A stretch of DNA of 26,585 nt from a virus. Lineage: Duplodnaviria; Caudoviricetes. The stretch covers positions 1-26,585 of IMG/VR virus record IMGVR_UViG_3300032259_000753; one strand, 5' to 3'. Under the pieces are notes generated by a model that did no database searches, was not told the DNA's origin, and was given only the letters and a program-made list of their open reading frames with translations. The translations under genes were made by a program, and so were the position numbers. Shown one piece after another: positions 25,257-26,585 of the stretch; within the stretch, counting starts at the first letter, position 1; every line of letters begins with the position of its first letter.

Positions 25257-25806
25257 GACGATCTAGTATCCTATCCAAGCGGGAGCGAGCCTCATTCAAC
25301 TCATCCTCGTTAACGGTTTCTTCTTGATTTTTGTATAAACTATCCCACCACTCAGCTTCCTCATCCATGTTTAACTGGCGGTGAAGTCCTTCGTGCATCT
25401 GCCACAGCTTCTCAGTAACCCAACCCATCTTATCCTGACCAAGGATGGCCATAGAGGTAACAGTAAAGTCTAATCTAAGCCACTCTTCCCGAGCAAATAG
25501 AATTGTTATTAGCTCGCAGCATTCGATTAAAGCGCGTTCTCTGCTGGAACCGACAGCTATCCTAGACTCAATTAATCTCTTAGCGGTCGCTCTATCGCGA
25601 GCAGCGCTGCCGGCGTAGACCATTTTAAACTGAGGGTTGTACGCCGCCATGGTGTCATAGAAAAACCTAACCAATTGAGAGGGGGTTTCCACCTTAGTCT
25701 TCTTAGTTAAAGGGGGGCGGACAGAGTACCCATGCAGCAGTAGAAAGTCCTCCGCATCTTTAAGGCGCTGGGAGAGAGACCTCCCATCTAACAAAGAACG
25801 AGACAT
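25231..25806 (-). CDS. Hypothetical protein, 191 aa
   Basis: Abuts the dnaN stop and overlaps the recA start. No recognised motif. Confidence 0.75.
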   Translation of the reverse strand: MSRSLLDGRSLSQRLKDAEDFLLLHGYSVRPPLTKKTKVETPSQLVRFFYDTMAAYNPQFKMVYAGSAARDRATAKRLIESRIAVGSSRERALIECCELITILFAREEWLRLDFTVTSMAILGQDKMGWVTEKLWQMHEGLHRQLNMDEEAEWWDSLYKNQEETVNEDELNEARSRLDRILDRHAKEKEDS

Positions 25807-26585
25807 TTAAGCTGAAAGCGGGACTAGAACGCAGGTAAGCTTAGCGCCGCTATGAGACCCTTCTGCAGCTGACGAAAATTGAAGAGGAGATAGAGCGTCC
25901 GTAACACCTACCTTCAATATCTCCCCATATATATTACGAATAGAGTTAGCAAATAGTGTCAGGTTGCAGTCGAACTTAAGGGACCCTTTGAAGTCCGTAA
26001 ATATACCTTCGTTGTTTGAAGACCCACACTTCAGTTCCATCTTTCCCCCAGCTACCTTAGCCGATACGCGGCTGTCATCTACCTTAGAAGCATCATACGA
26101 CAGATTAACCAGATTGTCTAGAAGAACATGCTTATCCACCGAAACAAACTTCTTAGGAGTTGGAAGAACATCCTTATAGTCGGGGTAATCCTCCCTAATT
26201 AGAGCGCCGGCTAATGTAAGGTTAGCTGTCTTAATGAACATCATGCTATTTGTTATATCCACCGAAATGTGGTCAGTATCGAAAAAGCTTTTTGCTACCT
26301 TAGATGCAAAGGCTCCTGGAATTACTACCCTAACATCATTCCCATTATAGGTTATAGGAACCGAGTACTCGGCTAAGCAAATACCATTAGTAGCAAATAG
26401 GGTCATCCTGCCTGCTGTTAAATGAAACAGTACCCCCGAAAACAGAAGCTGGTGTTTATCAGAGGAAAGGGCGTAAGCAACACTATCAATACCATCCATT
26501 AACAAAGATGCGCCCAGCTCAAACGAGTTGTTTATGTGGGATTTATCATCAGTCGAAGGAAGCTCGGGGAAAAAGTCATGACTTC
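25807..26585 (-). CDS. dnaN: DNA polymerase sliding clamp (beta subunit), N-terminus outside window
   Basis: Frame is open to the window edge (SHDFFPELP...). VAYALSSD...SGVLF...LFATNGICLA, LIREDYPDY, SPL, LVPL follow the DnaN pattern. Confidence 0.88.
   Translation of the reverse strand, partial: SHDFFPELPSTDDKSHINNSFELGASLLMDGIDSVAYALSSDKHQLLFSGVLFHLTAGRMTLFATNGICLAEYSVPITYNGNDVRVVIPGAFASKVAKSFFDTDHISVDITNSMMFIKTANLTLAGALIREDYPDYKDVLPTPKKFVSVDKHVLLDNLVNLSYDASKVDDSRVSAKVAGGKMELKCGSSNNEGIFTDFKGSLKFDCNLTLFANSIRNIYGEILKVGVTDALSPLQFSSAAEGSHSGAKLTCVLVPLSA

Noticed and set aside
1213-26179. Numerous plus-strand ORFs in the track (e.g. 1796-2440, 7517-8041, 12256-12735, 13755-14207) and short nested minus-strand ORFs
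   Set aside because: All lie within motif-bearing minus-strand genes, have no recognisable motifs, and are best explained as shadow frames.
1-26585. Presence of many 6-bp palindromes and CTAG as evidence that the DNA is protected by modification
   Set aside because: Sites are visibly present, but I cannot compute observed/expected ratios and the host restriction systems are unknown.
1-26585. tRNA/rRNA genes, inteins, introns, IS elements, tandem repeats
   Set aside because: Intergenic gaps are under 90 bp; PolA, DnaB and RecA have normal lengths without insertions; no transposase or repeat array was recognised.

Overview
A gene-dense, entirely minus-strand region that looks like the replication module of a large dsDNA bacteriophage (or a similar mobile replicon). 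In transcription order (right to left) it encodes: beta-clamp (partial), hypothetical, RecA, small endonuclease, UvsY-like protein, DnaB, two envelope-targeted proteins, DnaG, SSB, two small ORFs, a compact DnaJ, RuvC and an Fe-S PD-(D/E)XK exonuclease. Then comes a ~14.8 kb glyco-modification cassette (1789-16564), followed by a Klenow-type family A DNA polymerase that runs off the left edge and is missing from the supplied ORF track. The cassette holds 6 glycosyltransferases, 5 SAM-methyltransferase folds, 2 nucleotide-sugar SDRs, a DegT-fold protein, a radical SAM enzyme, a ParB/Srx-domain protein and one small hypothetical. It has no flippase, polymerase or export gene, two identical TTTACA-N17-TATTAT promoters, and its last gene overlaps the polymerase start. 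It is therefore a candidate DNA-hypermodification or virion-glycosylation system. Several of its enzymes lack canonical catalytic residues. The polymerase has an atypical O-helix and a beta-clamp-binding-like motif, and the SSB carries a CxxC loop. All family calls come from motif recognition by eye; no database search was run.
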